Positions 16,572 to 27,075 of a DNA stretch of 64,000 bases are shown here, piece by piece (position 1 is the first letter of the stretch; each line of letters starts with the position of its first letter). This DNA comes from a virus: positions 1-64,000 of IMG/VR virus record IMGVR_UViG_3300043570_000986; one strand, written 5' to 3'. A program made the position numbers and the translations under genes. Under the pieces are notes generated by a model, which saw only the letters and a list, made by a program, of their open reading frames with translations, did not search any database and had not been told where the DNA came from.

Positions 16572-18438
16572 TAAGTTACCAGTAAAAGAAAGAATAGAAT
16601 TGATGAAGTCTTATAGAAAGGCTAACAAAGATATGTCTTATCGTGACATGGTTAAAGATTATAATGATAGTTATGAGAAGTTTCAAGATGGTGGTAAATA
16701 TATAGTTAAGTCTGGTGATAATTTATCTACAATTGCTAAAAATTATAATACTGATATAGGTACTATTCAAAAATTAAACAACATACAAGATGTTAATAAA
16801 ATAGGTGTTGGTCAAAATATTGTATTACCAGAAAGACAAAACAACATTGTTCAACAACCTGTTAATACACAACAATCTGCAAATTTAGATAGTTATGATT
16901 TTAATACAGCATTTAAAATAGCTAGACAAGAATTAGGACCAAATAAAATATTTGAACATAAAGGTAAAAAATTTGGAACTAATTTAAAAAGAGAAACATT
17001 TGTACCTGATAAAGAAGAATTAGCTAATAATAATATGTTAAATGATTCAACATTAACTCATTTAACTGATCAAAATAAAAAAGTTAAATCTATTTATACA
17101 AGTAAAGAAACTGTTAAGTTACAACCTACTTGGAAAGAATCTACAGAAATAGAAAAACAAAATCAGGAATTTAATAAATTAAAAAATGCAGAGTTAATTA
17201 ATAAATACCAATCTATTAGAAATCCTAATGAAAAATATATTATTGTAGATAAGAAGAAAGGTAAAATGCATGTATATTTAGGAGGAAAAGAAATTGAATC
17301 TTATAATGTAGGTACTGGTGAAAATAAAGGTGATGAACAAACAAGAACTTGGGTAGATAAAGAAACACATAAAACAGATTGGTCTAAAGGAAATAAACAA
17401 ACAGGAGCAGGAGTTTATACAATATCTTTTATTGATGAACACAATAAGCATTATGGTAATGTTCCTTCTTTTCATTTAAAAAATGAAAATGGTGTAGAAG
17501 TACCAACTGCTATACATGCTGGATTTGGAGATAGGTTAAAAAGGATTGCAAATAATGATTTAAATAATAATGATCCAGAAAGTGGAAAAGATACTAGATT
17601 TTCTAATGGTTGTATAAATGGATTATGTAAAGATATGACTGATCTATATCAAAATGATTTAAAAGCTGATAAAAAAGGAAATCAAGGTACTAAAGTATTT
17701 ATATTACCAGATGATGATAATAATTTTTATCAGATAAAAAATGGTAAGTTAAATTTAACAACTAAAGAATATAATCCTAATGTAGCATATTCTCCTAAAA
17801 ATCTAAAAGCTAATCCTGTTAAAATAAATGTTACTAATGAAGAAAATAATACTCCACATGTAAAAGGAATGGCATATACATTAGAAAAACTTAAATCTAC
17901 TTTAATGAAAGATGGTAAAGTTGATAATGATACCTACAATAAGTTAAGTAAGTTAGTTATAGGATTAGCTTTACAAGAAACTAAAGGTGGAGAAGATTAT
18001 CGTGTAAGATCAGGTTCTTTAAAAATTCCTTTTACAAATAAAGAAACAGATCAAGGATTAGTTAATTACTTAAAAGATTTAAAAGGTTCTAATAGTATAA
18101 ATTCAAGAGGATTAACTCAAATTAAATATGATGCTCAAAATGACGAATTAAAAGCACAATTTAAAAAATATGGAGTAACAAAAGATAATTTAAATGATGG
18201 TGCACATGCTTCTATTGCAACAATGTTAATGTTAAGTTATATGTACAATAATGAATTACCTAGTTTAAAAGAAAAACTTAAAAAACAAGGAATATCAGAT
18301 GAAGAAGCATTACTTTATTTAAATCAAGGTAAGAAATCTGAAATTGTAAAAGGTACTGCTACACCAAGTAAAAACATATATATTCAAAATGTAAAAAATT
18401 TTGGTAAGAATATTAGCGTACAAGAAGAATCATATTAA
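16564..18438 (+). CDS. LysM + YkuD (L,D-transpeptidase-like) + lytic-transglycosylase-like protein
   Basis: YIVKSGDNLSTIAK LysM; AIH...SNGCIN; LQET...GLTQIK. Confidence 0.8.
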   Translation: MYNKLPVKERIELMKSYRKANKDMSYRDMVKDYNDSYEKFQDGGKYIVKSGDNLSTIAKNYNTDIGTIQKLNNIQDVNKIGVGQNIVLPERQNNIVQQPVNTQQSANLDSYDFNTAFKIARQELGPNKIFEHKGKKFGTNLKRETFVPDKEELANNNMLNDSTLTHLTDQNKKVKSIYTSKETVKLQPTWKESTEIEKQNQEFNKLKNAELINKYQSIRNPNEKYIIVDKKKGKMHVYLGGKEIESYNVGTGENKGDEQTRTWVDKETHKTDWSKGNKQTGAGVYTISFIDEHNKHYGNVPSFHLKNENGVEVPTAIHAGFGDRLKRIANNDLNNNDPESGKDTRFSNGCINGLCKDMTDLYQNDLKADKKGNQGTKVFILPDDDNNFYQIKNGKLNLTTKEYNPNVAYSPKNLKANPVKINVTNEENNTPHVKGMAYTLEKLKSTLMKDGKVDNDTYNKLSKLVIGLALQETKGGEDYRVRSGSLKIPFTNKETDQGLVNYLKDLKGSNSINSRGLTQIKYDAQNDELKAQFKKYGVTKDNLNDGAHASIATMLMLSYMYNNELPSLKEKLKKQGISDEEALLYLNQGKKSEIVKGTATPSKNIYIQNVKNFGKNISVQEESY

Positions 18439-18452
18439 CATAATAAAGCTAT

Positions 18453-18480
18453 AAAAAGTTATCTGGTTATGTAACTTTTT
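18453..18480. terminator. hairpin flanked by A and T tracts
   Basis: aaaaagtta...taacttttt. Confidence 0.45.
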
Positions 18481-18483
18481 GTA

Positions 18484-18515
18484 TTTGCAAACAATAACCA
18501 AAACAGTTATATTTA
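18484..18515 (+). promoter_or_regulatory. promoter for capsid operon
   Basis: TTTG-N20-TATATTTA. Confidence 0.7.
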
Positions 18516-18541
18516 TAGTATATTACTAATAAGGCAAAAAA

Positions 18542-19657
18542 ATGAGTAAGGAAAAAAAAGAATTTAATATTCTTGACACACCATTTGGTGAAGGTCTAGA
18601 AATGCAGTTTAATGATGAGTTCTCTAGTGATTTTCAAGAGAACAATTCAGTAGCACAACCACTAGTTCCAGAACTAGAAGATGTAACACCTCAAGTTGAT
18701 GAAACTAAAGAAGTTGTTAAAGATCTACCTAAAGAAGAAACCAAAGAAACTAAAGAAGTTGCTAAGGTTGAATCTAAACAAGAAAGTACTGAGGAAAGTT
18801 CTTCTCTCAAAGTATTTGCAAGTTGGTTAGGTGATAAAGGTTTAGTAGACTACGATGAAGAAACTTTTGAAGATTCAGAAGAAGGTCTAAAAAAACTAAT
18901 GAGTTCTACTGTTGAACGTGAAGTGGAAAACTACAAAAATAGTTTACCAGATGATGTTCACAAGTTAGTAGAATTTGTTGAAGCAGGAGGTAATCCTAAA
19001 GATTTTATTAATGCATATTATAATGAAGTAACTTGGAGTGATTTTGAAATAGACACTGACACTACTCAAAAAATTGTATTAAGAGAATATTTAAAAGCAC
19101 AAGGAGAAGATATTGAAGAAATAGAAGAAACTTTAGATACATATGAAGTTTCTGGTATTTTAGAAAAGAAAGCTAAGAGTGCATTAAGCAAATTACAGAA
19201 CTATGAGAAAGGTTATCAAGAACAATTGGTAGAATCTCAAAAGAAGTATGAAGCTGAACAAAGAGCAGCAGCTAAGAAACAATATGAAGATTTCAAAGCT
19301 GACTTATATGCTAAAGAAGAAATTCAAGGGTTTAAATTAACCCCTAAAATGAAAGATAATCTTTGGGAATTCATTATGAAACCTGATAAGACTGGTAAGA
19401 CAGGATTACAGAAACATAATGAAACTAACACTAATGCTCAATTCATGTATGCTTATTTAGCAATGAATGATTGGGACTTAAGTAAGTTAGAAAGACAAGT
19501 TAAAACTAAAGTTAACTCTGAGTTAGCAAGTAAGTTATCTAACTTTAAAGATGGTAGATCTAAATTAAAGACTGGTCAGTCTGATAGTTTTGGATCAGAA
19601 AAATCTTCAGGTAACTTCAGTGTTTTTAAACAAGCTTTAGATAAAGGCTTTTTATAA
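18542..19657 (+). CDS. putative capsid scaffolding protein
   Basis: Very acidic, helical, directly upstream of MCP. Confidence 0.65.
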   Translation: MSKEKKEFNILDTPFGEGLEMQFNDEFSSDFQENNSVAQPLVPELEDVTPQVDETKEVVKDLPKEETKETKEVAKVESKQESTEESSSLKVFASWLGDKGLVDYDEETFEDSEEGLKKLMSSTVEREVENYKNSLPDDVHKLVEFVEAGGNPKDFINAYYNEVTWSDFEIDTDTTQKIVLREYLKAQGEDIEEIEETLDTYEVSGILEKKAKSALSKLQNYEKGYQEQLVESQKKYEAEQRAAAKKQYEDFKADLYAKEEIQGFKLTPKMKDNLWEFIMKPDKTGKTGLQKHNETNTNAQFMYAYLAMNDWDLSKLERQVKTKVNSELASKLSNFKDGRSKLKTGQSDSFGSEKSSGNFSVFKQALDKGFL

Positions 19658-19697
19658 AAAATAGAACAAATTATTAATTTAATATAACAAAAACAAA

Positions 19698-21149
19698 ATG
19701 CAAATTAGTCCATTACAAATAACAAACATGAATTGGCATGCTGGTCTTACTCAAGACTCTCATTTGTCCACATTCTTTTTAACTGAGCCAGCTATTGCTA
19801 GTCAAGTTATCACTCGTATTTATAACAAACAAAATGGTTATAAAAATGCTCTTTCTTTCTTAACAGGTGGAATGGGTAAAGCTAAAGAAATTGATGGTAT
19901 CCAATATCGTTGGAATATCATTGGTGACTCTCGCAAAGCAATATCTATTACTCGTTCAGTATTTGATGCTGCTAGTTCAGTAGGTATTAACGCTACAACT
20001 TTTAAAATTGGTGTAGGTGAGAAATGGTTCTCAGAAGGTGACGTTTTATTATTTGACAGTCCAGATTATAAAGCTCGTGTAATTTCTGAACCAATTTATG
20101 ACGGTGCTGATTACATCTTAGTATGTCAATTAGTTACTGCAGATATCACTAAATCTGTACCTGCTACTTTAGTAACAGTTGGTAAAGAGGTATCTAAAGA
20201 ATACAACATTGTAGAACATGATCATTCTCGTACATCAGGTGAAACTCACTATGCTACACCAATGATGTTAGAAAATTACATGACTACATTGCGTAAGAAA
20301 TATTCTGTAACTGGTGCTGCTCACAGTCGTGTTATGGTTATCTCTATGTTAAATCCTGAAACTAATGAAAAAACTAACACTTGGGTAAAATATGCTGAGT
20401 GGGAATTTTGGAAGCAATTCATGGATGAAATTGAAGTTATGTTAATGTTTGGTGAATCTAACATTAAATCTAATGGAACAACTGATTTAAAAGGTGCTTC
20501 AGGAAATACAATTTATTCTGGTGCTGGTTTAGAAAATCAAATTGCTCCAGGTAACAAACGTCTTTACACTACATTGAATGAAAAAACTATCCGTGATTTC
20601 ATGGGAGATTTAGCATACAATGGTACTGAAGATGGTCCTCGTGAGTATGTTGCTTTATGTGGTCGTGAATTCATGAACTTATTTGATCAAGCTATGAAGC
20701 GTTCAGCTTCTGCTTTCAACTTAGTTGATAGTAAATTCATCGCAGGTGAAGGACAAAACTTAGAATTACATGGTCAGTTTATGACTTATACAGGTTTAAA
20801 TGGAGATAAAATTACATTAAAAGAGTATAAGCCTTATAATGATACAATGAGAAATCGTTTATTACATCCTCAAACTGGTAAACCAGCAGAGTCTTATAAA
20901 GCGACTTTCTTAAACTTTAAATCTTATAACAAAGGAGAACCAAATATCCAAAAAGTATATTCTAAAGATCGTGAGATGGTAACAACTTACATTGAAGGAA
21001 TGTATGGCCCTTATGGACCTAAGAAGAATGGTTCATCTGCAAGTTCAGTAGATGGTTACACATTTGAAGCAATGACAGAATGTGGAGTTATGTTACGTGA
21101 CCCATCAGATGCTGCTCAATTAATTTTAGATGCTTCTAGCATTAGCTAG
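19698..21149 (+). CDS. major capsid protein (crAss-like)
   Basis: Size, synteny, WHAGLTQDSHL and SGAGLENQI motifs, strong codon bias, downstream terminator. Confidence 0.9.
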   Translation: MQISPLQITNMNWHAGLTQDSHLSTFFLTEPAIASQVITRIYNKQNGYKNALSFLTGGMGKAKEIDGIQYRWNIIGDSRKAISITRSVFDAASSVGINATTFKIGVGEKWFSEGDVLLFDSPDYKARVISEPIYDGADYILVCQLVTADITKSVPATLVTVGKEVSKEYNIVEHDHSRTSGETHYATPMMLENYMTTLRKKYSVTGAAHSRVMVISMLNPETNEKTNTWVKYAEWEFWKQFMDEIEVMLMFGESNIKSNGTTDLKGASGNTIYSGAGLENQIAPGNKRLYTTLNEKTIRDFMGDLAYNGTEDGPREYVALCGREFMNLFDQAMKRSASAFNLVDSKFIAGEGQNLELHGQFMTYTGLNGDKITLKEYKPYNDTMRNRLLHPQTGKPAESYKATFLNFKSYNKGEPNIQKVYSKDREMVTTYIEGMYGPYGPKKNGSSASSVDGYTFEAMTECGVMLRDPSDAAQLILDASSIS

Positions 21150-21170
21150 TTAAAGAATAAAGGTTTTTTA

Positions 21171-21207
21171 GAGAGTGTACCTTATATCAAAACACTCTCT
21201 TTTTTTA
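21171..21207 (+). terminator. intrinsic terminator after MCP
   Basis: agagtgt...acactct stem plus T tract. Confidence 0.7.
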
Positions 21208-21235
21208 AACTAATAAAGGCAAATTATTAAAAACA

Positions 21236-22033
21236 ATGGAAGTAATTAACAGACAGTATGTTATTAGACCTATCATACGCAATAAATTTTCAGGTCAATC
21301 TTATTACAATAAAACTCTTACTGTAATAATGGGAGCACAGTTAAGTAATACTGGTTTATATAAAACAGGATTATCAACTGAAGATGAAGCACATTTTGAA
21401 AAGGAGTTAAACCTAGCTAAAGGAACTTTAAGTAAGCGTAATGCTGACTTTTGGGGAGATATGGAAGTAAGGTTAAGAAACGACAAGTTAACAATATTTA
21501 ATATAGTTAACGCATATGATGAATTAAAGTTTAGAATGTTACAACAACATGATTGGATTGCTAATACAGAGCATGATGTTGTAGGTAATTCAACTGCTAG
21601 ATTTTACATATATGATCCAGAAGCAGCAAGTAAAATTGAAGATGCTAAAATGGAATTTGAATTTGCAGCAATGGAAGCTTTCCATAAAACAACTGTTGAA
21701 GAAAGAAGAGGGTTACTAAGAGTCTATGGTAAAACAGGTGTAGATAATATGTCTGAAACTATGATTAAAACAGAATTATTTAAAGAACTTAAAAAAGACT
21801 TTAAAGAGTTTATTAGAATCACTTTAGCTAAAGATACTCCAATAAGAGCTTTAGTAAAAGCTTTAACTGAGAAAGAAATAATTAAACAAAAAGGTACTTA
21901 TTTTTATAATGGTGAAGATTTATTAGGTAGTTCAACTGATGAGGTTGTAAGTTACTTAGCAGATTTAAAAAACCAAGCTATTAAATTAGCATTAGAAAAT
22001 AAATTAAAACCTAAGAAAGCCAAAACTGAATAA
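21236..22033 (+). CDS. conserved crAss-like protein downstream of MCP
   Basis: Synteny; TGL...FW and GTYFYNGEDLLG motifs. Confidence 0.7.
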   Translation: MEVINRQYVIRPIIRNKFSGQSYYNKTLTVIMGAQLSNTGLYKTGLSTEDEAHFEKELNLAKGTLSKRNADFWGDMEVRLRNDKLTIFNIVNAYDELKFRMLQQHDWIANTEHDVVGNSTARFYIYDPEAASKIEDAKMEFEFAAMEAFHKTTVEERRGLLRVYGKTGVDNMSETMIKTELFKELKKDFKEFIRITLAKDTPIRALVKALTEKEIIKQKGTYFYNGEDLLGSSTDEVVSYLADLKNQAIKLALENKLKPKKAKTE

Positions 22034-22710
22034 TGACTATTGTAGAAGCTCATCAAGAATTTAAGTTTAGATGTGATAAATTAGATGCTCTAAATTATCC
22101 TAACTTCTTACCAGAAGAAATAGATTTAATTTTAAATAATGCTCAACAAAGAATTATTAAACAAAGGTATGGTCTTTCTAATAATAAAAGACAATCTTTT
22201 GAGGAAACTCAGAAAAGAACTGAAGATTTAAAAAATGTTACAGTAAATGCAGTATTAACACCTTTAGCTTATGCTTCAGATAATATTGATGTAACTGCAA
22301 GATTTTTAACTTTACCTACTGATCATTGGTTTACTGTACAGGAAAGATGTAGTATTACATGTACTATATGTGGTACACCAGTAACACAACTAGTTGAAGT
22401 TATTCCAACAAGTCATTCAGAATTTTCTAAAGTGATCAAAGATCCTTTTAAACAACCTACTAATACTAAAGTTATTAGATTAATGGAAGCAGGAAGAGTT
22501 GAATTATTATCATCTTGTACAATTGTAGATTATAGAATGAGATACATTAAACAACCAGCTACAGTTAATATTAATACAGGTGTTACATTTGATTTATCTG
22601 AACACATGCATTCAGAAATTATAGATCAAGGAGTATCAATAGCTTTAGAAGGAATAGAGGGTAAAAGAACACAATCATTTAATCCTTTGATTAATAACAC
22701 TAACGAATAA
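22033..22710 (+). CDS. tail ring (neck) protein
   Basis: PEEIDLILNNAQ, FEETQKRTEDL, YIKQP, HSEIID. Confidence 0.7.
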   Translation: MTIVEAHQEFKFRCDKLDALNYPNFLPEEIDLILNNAQQRIIKQRYGLSNNKRQSFEETQKRTEDLKNVTVNAVLTPLAYASDNIDVTARFLTLPTDHWFTVQERCSITCTICGTPVTQLVEVIPTSHSEFSKVIKDPFKQPTNTKVIRLMEAGRVELLSSCTIVDYRMRYIKQPATVNINTGVTFDLSEHMHSEIIDQGVSIALEGIEGKRTQSFNPLINNTNE

Positions 22711-22730
22711 TAAATAAAAATTAAATTAAA

Positions 22731-23150
22731 ATGGCAATAGCAACAATATCACCTAAGTATTTCTTGGGTTCATTCATTCCAAATGTTAAAATTTTATCAG
22801 CTAAAGTTGATGAGATTATTAACTACATTAATGGTACACAAGTAGCAGTAACACAAGGAACAAGTATTACAACTGGAGTTACAGCTAATGCAACTAAAGG
22901 TGTAATTACAACTGTAAGTTTAACTACTGCAGCAAGTACTGTAGCAGGACCTTTTGTAGTAACTAACTCTAAAGTAACAACATCATCTATTGTTCAAGCA
23001 AATGTAGAATATGCTACAGGTAAAACAGGTTTTCCTGTATGTTTAATAGAAGCAGTAGCAGCAGGATCTTTTAACGTAAGATTATTAAATGCTAGTACTG
23101 GTGCAGCATTAAATGATGTAGTTAAAATACATTTTGATGTAATCAATTAA
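22731..23150 (+). CDS. small virion structural protein (head fibre/decoration candidate)
   Basis: Thr/Ala/Val-rich beta protein in the structural operon. Confidence 0.55.
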   Translation: MAIATISPKYFLGSFIPNVKILSAKVDEIINYINGTQVAVTQGTSITTGVTANATKGVITTVSLTTAASTVAGPFVVTNSKVTTSSIVQANVEYATGKTGFPVCLIEAVAAGSFNVRLLNASTGAALNDVVKIHFDVIN

Positions 23151-23195
23151 TTAAAAACAAATATCTTAATAAATAAAAATTAAAAATTAAAAACA

Positions 23196-24527
23196 ATGTC
23201 AATTCATAAAGTAACAAACACATTTGTAGGTAATGGTTCAGCATTAGAAGCTAACGTTAATACATTAACTCCAGGTAAATTAGGAGTATTTAAAGCTGAT
23301 CAATCAGTTTTAGCAGCAGCTCAACCTTATGTTGCAGGAACTGCAACTAATGATATTCAGTTATCTGAAACATTTGCTGATGGTTCATTTAAAAAATCAA
23401 TGAAAATTGATGGTCGTGCAGTACAATCTGCAAGATTTGAAAAATATGCTCCTGCATCTCGTGATGTATGGACTATTGGTTATCAACGTGGTTATAGAAA
23501 TGCTGATGGTACTACTTACACAGCAGCAGGTGGTTCAATTGAAGTAAACAATTCTTCTGATTATACAGCTAGTATTCGTTTTAAAAATGATAAATCTTTG
23601 TATTCTGAAAGACCAGAAATGTTAAGAATTAACTTTACATCTTCTGCAACAGCTACTCAATTATCTATTGCTACTCAAATTGCAGCATCAATTAATAACA
23701 GTGGTTTTAAAACATTAGTAAAAGCAGTTGTAATTGGTAATGGTACAGGTATTTTTGGTTTAACAGGTGCTACAGCATATGGTGTTGAAATTACAGCATT
23801 AGATATTAATCAATTCCGTAGTTCAACTTATAAAGAAAATCGTGTATATTTTTCAGTTCAAGTAGAAGATGCTACAGGATTTGGAACAAGTACAACTTGT
23901 ACACAAATTTCTGCAAATAGTCCAGGTGAAGGAACTTATAATTATGTTTATAACAAAGAAAACTTTGATTATCAATATGAAGGTTTATCTAATCGTAGAT
24001 TATGGCCAGCACAACAAGTTAGTTTTAATGTAGTTAATACAGGAGTATTAACTGGAAATATGGCTGCTGTTGTAACTAATCCTACAGGTAACGTAGTAAC
24101 AATACTTGATGAAGATGTAGCAACTGTTACTTCAACATTAGCCTTAAGAGCAGGTGAAATTATTGATGTAGATGGTGTTAAATATGAAATTAAATACATT
24201 GTTAGTGCTACTAAATTTGTACTTACTTCACAAGCATCTGTAGCATATTCAGGAGCAAATCTTAAATTAAGATATTTTTATGATGTTTTAGTAATTACTT
24301 TTGCAGACAATACTTTTACTTCAGGTGCTGATCTTCAAGCATTAGCTCCAAAATCAATCTATATAGCTACACCATCAATTATTACTGGAGCAACAGATCC
24401 TTTACTTAGACCAGCAGTACCAACAACGGTAAGTTATTCTACAGAAGGTGTTGCTTTATTAGTAAATATTGGTGCTTGGTTAGCTGGAACTTCAACTAAT
24501 ATTACAACTGCAGTATTAGTAGCATAG
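23196..24527 (+). CDS. auxiliary capsid protein candidate
   Basis: Synteny, high-expression codon usage, PGEGTY motif, own terminator. Confidence 0.6.
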   Translation: MSIHKVTNTFVGNGSALEANVNTLTPGKLGVFKADQSVLAAAQPYVAGTATNDIQLSETFADGSFKKSMKIDGRAVQSARFEKYAPASRDVWTIGYQRGYRNADGTTYTAAGGSIEVNNSSDYTASIRFKNDKSLYSERPEMLRINFTSSATATQLSIATQIAASINNSGFKTLVKAVVIGNGTGIFGLTGATAYGVEITALDINQFRSSTYKENRVYFSVQVEDATGFGTSTTCTQISANSPGEGTYNYVYNKENFDYQYEGLSNRRLWPAQQVSFNVVNTGVLTGNMAAVVTNPTGNVVTILDEDVATVTSTLALRAGEIIDVDGVKYEIKYIVSATKFVLTSQASVAYSGANLKLRYFYDVLVITFADNTFTSGADLQALAPKSIYIATPSIITGATDPLLRPAVPTTVSYSTEGVALLVNIGAWLAGTSTNITTAVLVA

Positions 24528-24594
24528 TCTAGTTCTTAGACTACAACTCACATCATTCTGATGTGTCAAACTTTAAAGCCTTAATTAGTATAAT

Positions 24595-24640
24595 AAGCCC
24601 CTGGTTTCTCTTCCTTAAAAGTTTTCCAGGGGCTTTATTT
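24595..24640 (+). terminator. intrinsic terminator
   Basis: aagcccctgg...ccaggggctt plus T-rich tail. Confidence 0.75.
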
Positions 24641-24659
24641 ATGCTTAAAAAATAAAAAT

Positions 24660-25235
24660 ATGTTATCACTAAAATTTGATCTTTGTGTAGTTAATGCGTG
24701 TACACAATTAAGATTTACAGAAACTACAGGAATTTATTCAACAGCTAATTTAGGTGGATGGGGATTACCTAATATACAAATATCTGATGCTGTTACAGCA
24801 ACTTTAGCAATAACTCCTTATGGTTCTACAACAACCTATACAATAGACTTATTAGCTACTACATTATTTCCTACAGATAATACTTCATTTACTGCTGATA
24901 TACCATTAGGTACTATTGGTAATCCTACAAGTATTGCAGATGGAAAATGGTTATTTACATATACTGTAACAGATGCTACAGATACATATACTAAAAATAT
25001 CTATAAATACTTCTACTGTAATACTGAATGTTGTGTAACAAATATGTTAGCAGCATTAGATTTATCATGTGATTGTTGTAAAGATTCAACAGAATACAAA
25101 AATTATATTCTTGCGTGGACTCAATTACAATCTCTTAAAAAAGCAGCAGCTTGTGGAGATGAAGCTAATTTTACAGCTATTAAAAAAATAGTAGATAAAT
25201 TATGCTTAAATAGTGGGTGTAAAACTTGCAAATAA
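24660..25235 (+). CDS. tail hub / fibre-docking protein candidate
   Basis: Ig-like N-terminal part plus Cys-rich helical C-terminus (CKTCK); synteny. Confidence 0.55.
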   Translation: MLSLKFDLCVVNACTQLRFTETTGIYSTANLGGWGLPNIQISDAVTATLAITPYGSTTTYTIDLLATTLFPTDNTSFTADIPLGTIGNPTSIADGKWLFTYTVTDATDTYTKNIYKYFYCNTECCVTNMLAALDLSCDCCKDSTEYKNYILAWTQLQSLKKAAACGDEANFTAIKKIVDKLCLNSGCKTCK

Positions 25236-25256
25236 CAAATAAAAACCTTATATTAA
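25225..25256 (+). promoter_or_regulatory. weak-consensus promoter
   Basis: CTTG-N20-TATATTAA. Confidence 0.4.
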
Positions 25257-25268
25257 TATATAGAAAAT

Positions 25269-25850
25269 ATGTGTACAGATTGTAATGAAATAACAATACC
25301 TACAGGTCCAACTGGAGCTACAGGAGCTACAGGAGAAACTGGTCCTGCTGGTACCGATGGAACTAATGGAACTAATGGTACAAATGGTACTACAATATTA
25401 AGTACTTATAATAGTACTACTGGTGTAGGTACACCTTCAGGATTAACTGAAACAACATTATTTACATATAATATACCTGCTAATACATTAGCTATAAATG
25501 GTGATGAATTAGAATTATACGCATATTATGAATACTTTAATAATGATCCTGTTACATTAAGAATAAAATTAGGAGCAAAAATAGTTAGTTTTACAGTAGC
25601 AGATGCAGAAAATGATTATAGAATTTTAAAAATTAAAATCTCTAGAATTTCTTCTAATTCTCAGTTATGGACAATTGAAGAATCAATTAGACAAGCAGGA
25701 GAAGGAACTGTTGCAGGTTCTATTAGAGTAGATTCATCTACTGTAGATTTAACAACTATTTTAGCTTTTGAAATTACTGCTCAAAATACAGCAACTGGTG
25801 CTAATCAATTATTACTTAAAAAAGCGACACTTTATAAATATGCAATTTAA
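25269..25850 (+). CDS. collagen-like fibre protein
   Basis: About nine G-X-Y triplets GPTGATGATGETGPAGTDGTNGTNGTN. Confidence 0.7.
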   Translation: MCTDCNEITIPTGPTGATGATGETGPAGTDGTNGTNGTNGTTILSTYNSTTGVGTPSGLTETTLFTYNIPANTLAINGDELELYAYYEYFNNDPVTLRIKLGAKIVSFTVADAENDYRILKIKISRISSNSQLWTIEESIRQAGEGTVAGSIRVDSSTVDLTTILAFEITAQNTATGANQLLLKKATLYKYAI

Positions 25851-26707
25851 TGATAATAGGTTTTTTAAATACTGTTAAATCTCCAGGAACAATTACTATT
25901 ATTAGTGATGATAGTGGTAATGTAATCCCAGGAGATATTGTTTCTTATGAGAAATTAATAGGAACATTTAATATTGAAGATGTTGTAACTTTTGATATAG
26001 ATTTTACACAAAGAACACCTATAGCAAGTAATGTTACATTATATACTGCTCCTCAGCAAAATATAACTAATTTAAATACTGTAAATAATCTAAATACAGT
26101 AAATAATTTAAATATAGTATTAACTAACTCTTTGTGTTGTATTTCAGAACAAGCTGTTAAGGTATCTAAACTATATTCTATAGGTGATAAGTGTGCTGAT
26201 TCTGAATTACAGAAGTTAAAACTAATGAATGATTGGTTTGAAGCTTTAAGATGTTATAATGCTAATGAAAGTATTAATGCAGAATTTGCATTAACAATTA
26301 CTTATAGTGCTTATACTGCATTATCAAATGTATTAAGAAATTATACAGTTAATGTTAATGGTGTTGAATCTACTTTACCTGGAGATGGTATTAAAACAAG
26401 ATTTGAAATACTTTCAGAATTATTAGATATTGTATTACCTAATAATATTACTAATATAGTTATAGATCCTGATGGTAGAGATGAAAGATATGTTACAATA
26501 TACGTTATAGGATTATGTGATACTGAAAATATTACACTATCAACATCATTAATATCTACAGGAGCATTATTAAGTACTATAAATTTTACTAAATATAAAA
26601 ATGGATTATGTACAGTTTTAAATTGTTTAACAGAAGCTGATTTTAATATTTTACTAAGTAAACTAATGAAAGAATGTGATATTTGTGATTGCCAATTAAC
26701 AACTTAA
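25850..26707 (+). CDS. tail hub-related structural protein
   Basis: Cys-rich, CLTE...CDICDC C-terminus; 18-nt NLNTVN tandem repeat at 26069-26119. Confidence 0.5.
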   Translation: MIIGFLNTVKSPGTITIISDDSGNVIPGDIVSYEKLIGTFNIEDVVTFDIDFTQRTPIASNVTLYTAPQQNITNLNTVNNLNTVNNLNIVLTNSLCCISEQAVKVSKLYSIGDKCADSELQKLKLMNDWFEALRCYNANESINAEFALTITYSAYTALSNVLRNYTVNVNGVESTLPGDGIKTRFEILSELLDIVLPNNITNIVIDPDGRDERYVTIYVIGLCDTENITLSTSLISTGALLSTINFTKYKNGLCTVLNCLTEADFNILLSKLMKECDICDCQLTT

Positions 26708-26718
26708 AATAAAATAAA

Positions 26719-27069
26719 ATGAATTTACAATTCGGAAATCAAAGTAAAAGTTATTTAGACCAGTTACTTAAACAAAATCTTAATAGTTTTAAAGCTTTTA
26801 GTTATCAAAAACTAACAGTTACAGGTACTGCAGCAACTTTAACTGTTCCTGCAAATGCTAAATATGCAGAAATTAGATTAGAATCTACAATTACTGCAAC
26901 TATTGCAGCAAGATATTTAATTACAGGTGGTGTTCCTACAGCAACTGATGGTATGGCTTTAAATAATTTAGATCTATTTGACATAAGTGATTATCAAAAT
27001 CTAGTTAACTTTCAAGTAATACAAACTGGTGCAGGTACTCATACTTTACATATACAATACTATAAATAA
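26719..27069 (+). CDS. small beta-sandwich virion protein
   Basis: ORF track; tail region. Confidence 0.6.
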   Translation: MNLQFGNQSKSYLDQLLKQNLNSFKAFSYQKLTVTGTAATLTVPANAKYAEIRLESTITATIAARYLITGGVPTATDGMALNNLDLFDISDYQNLVNFQVIQTGAGTHTLHIQYYK

Positions 27070-27075
27070 TAAAAC

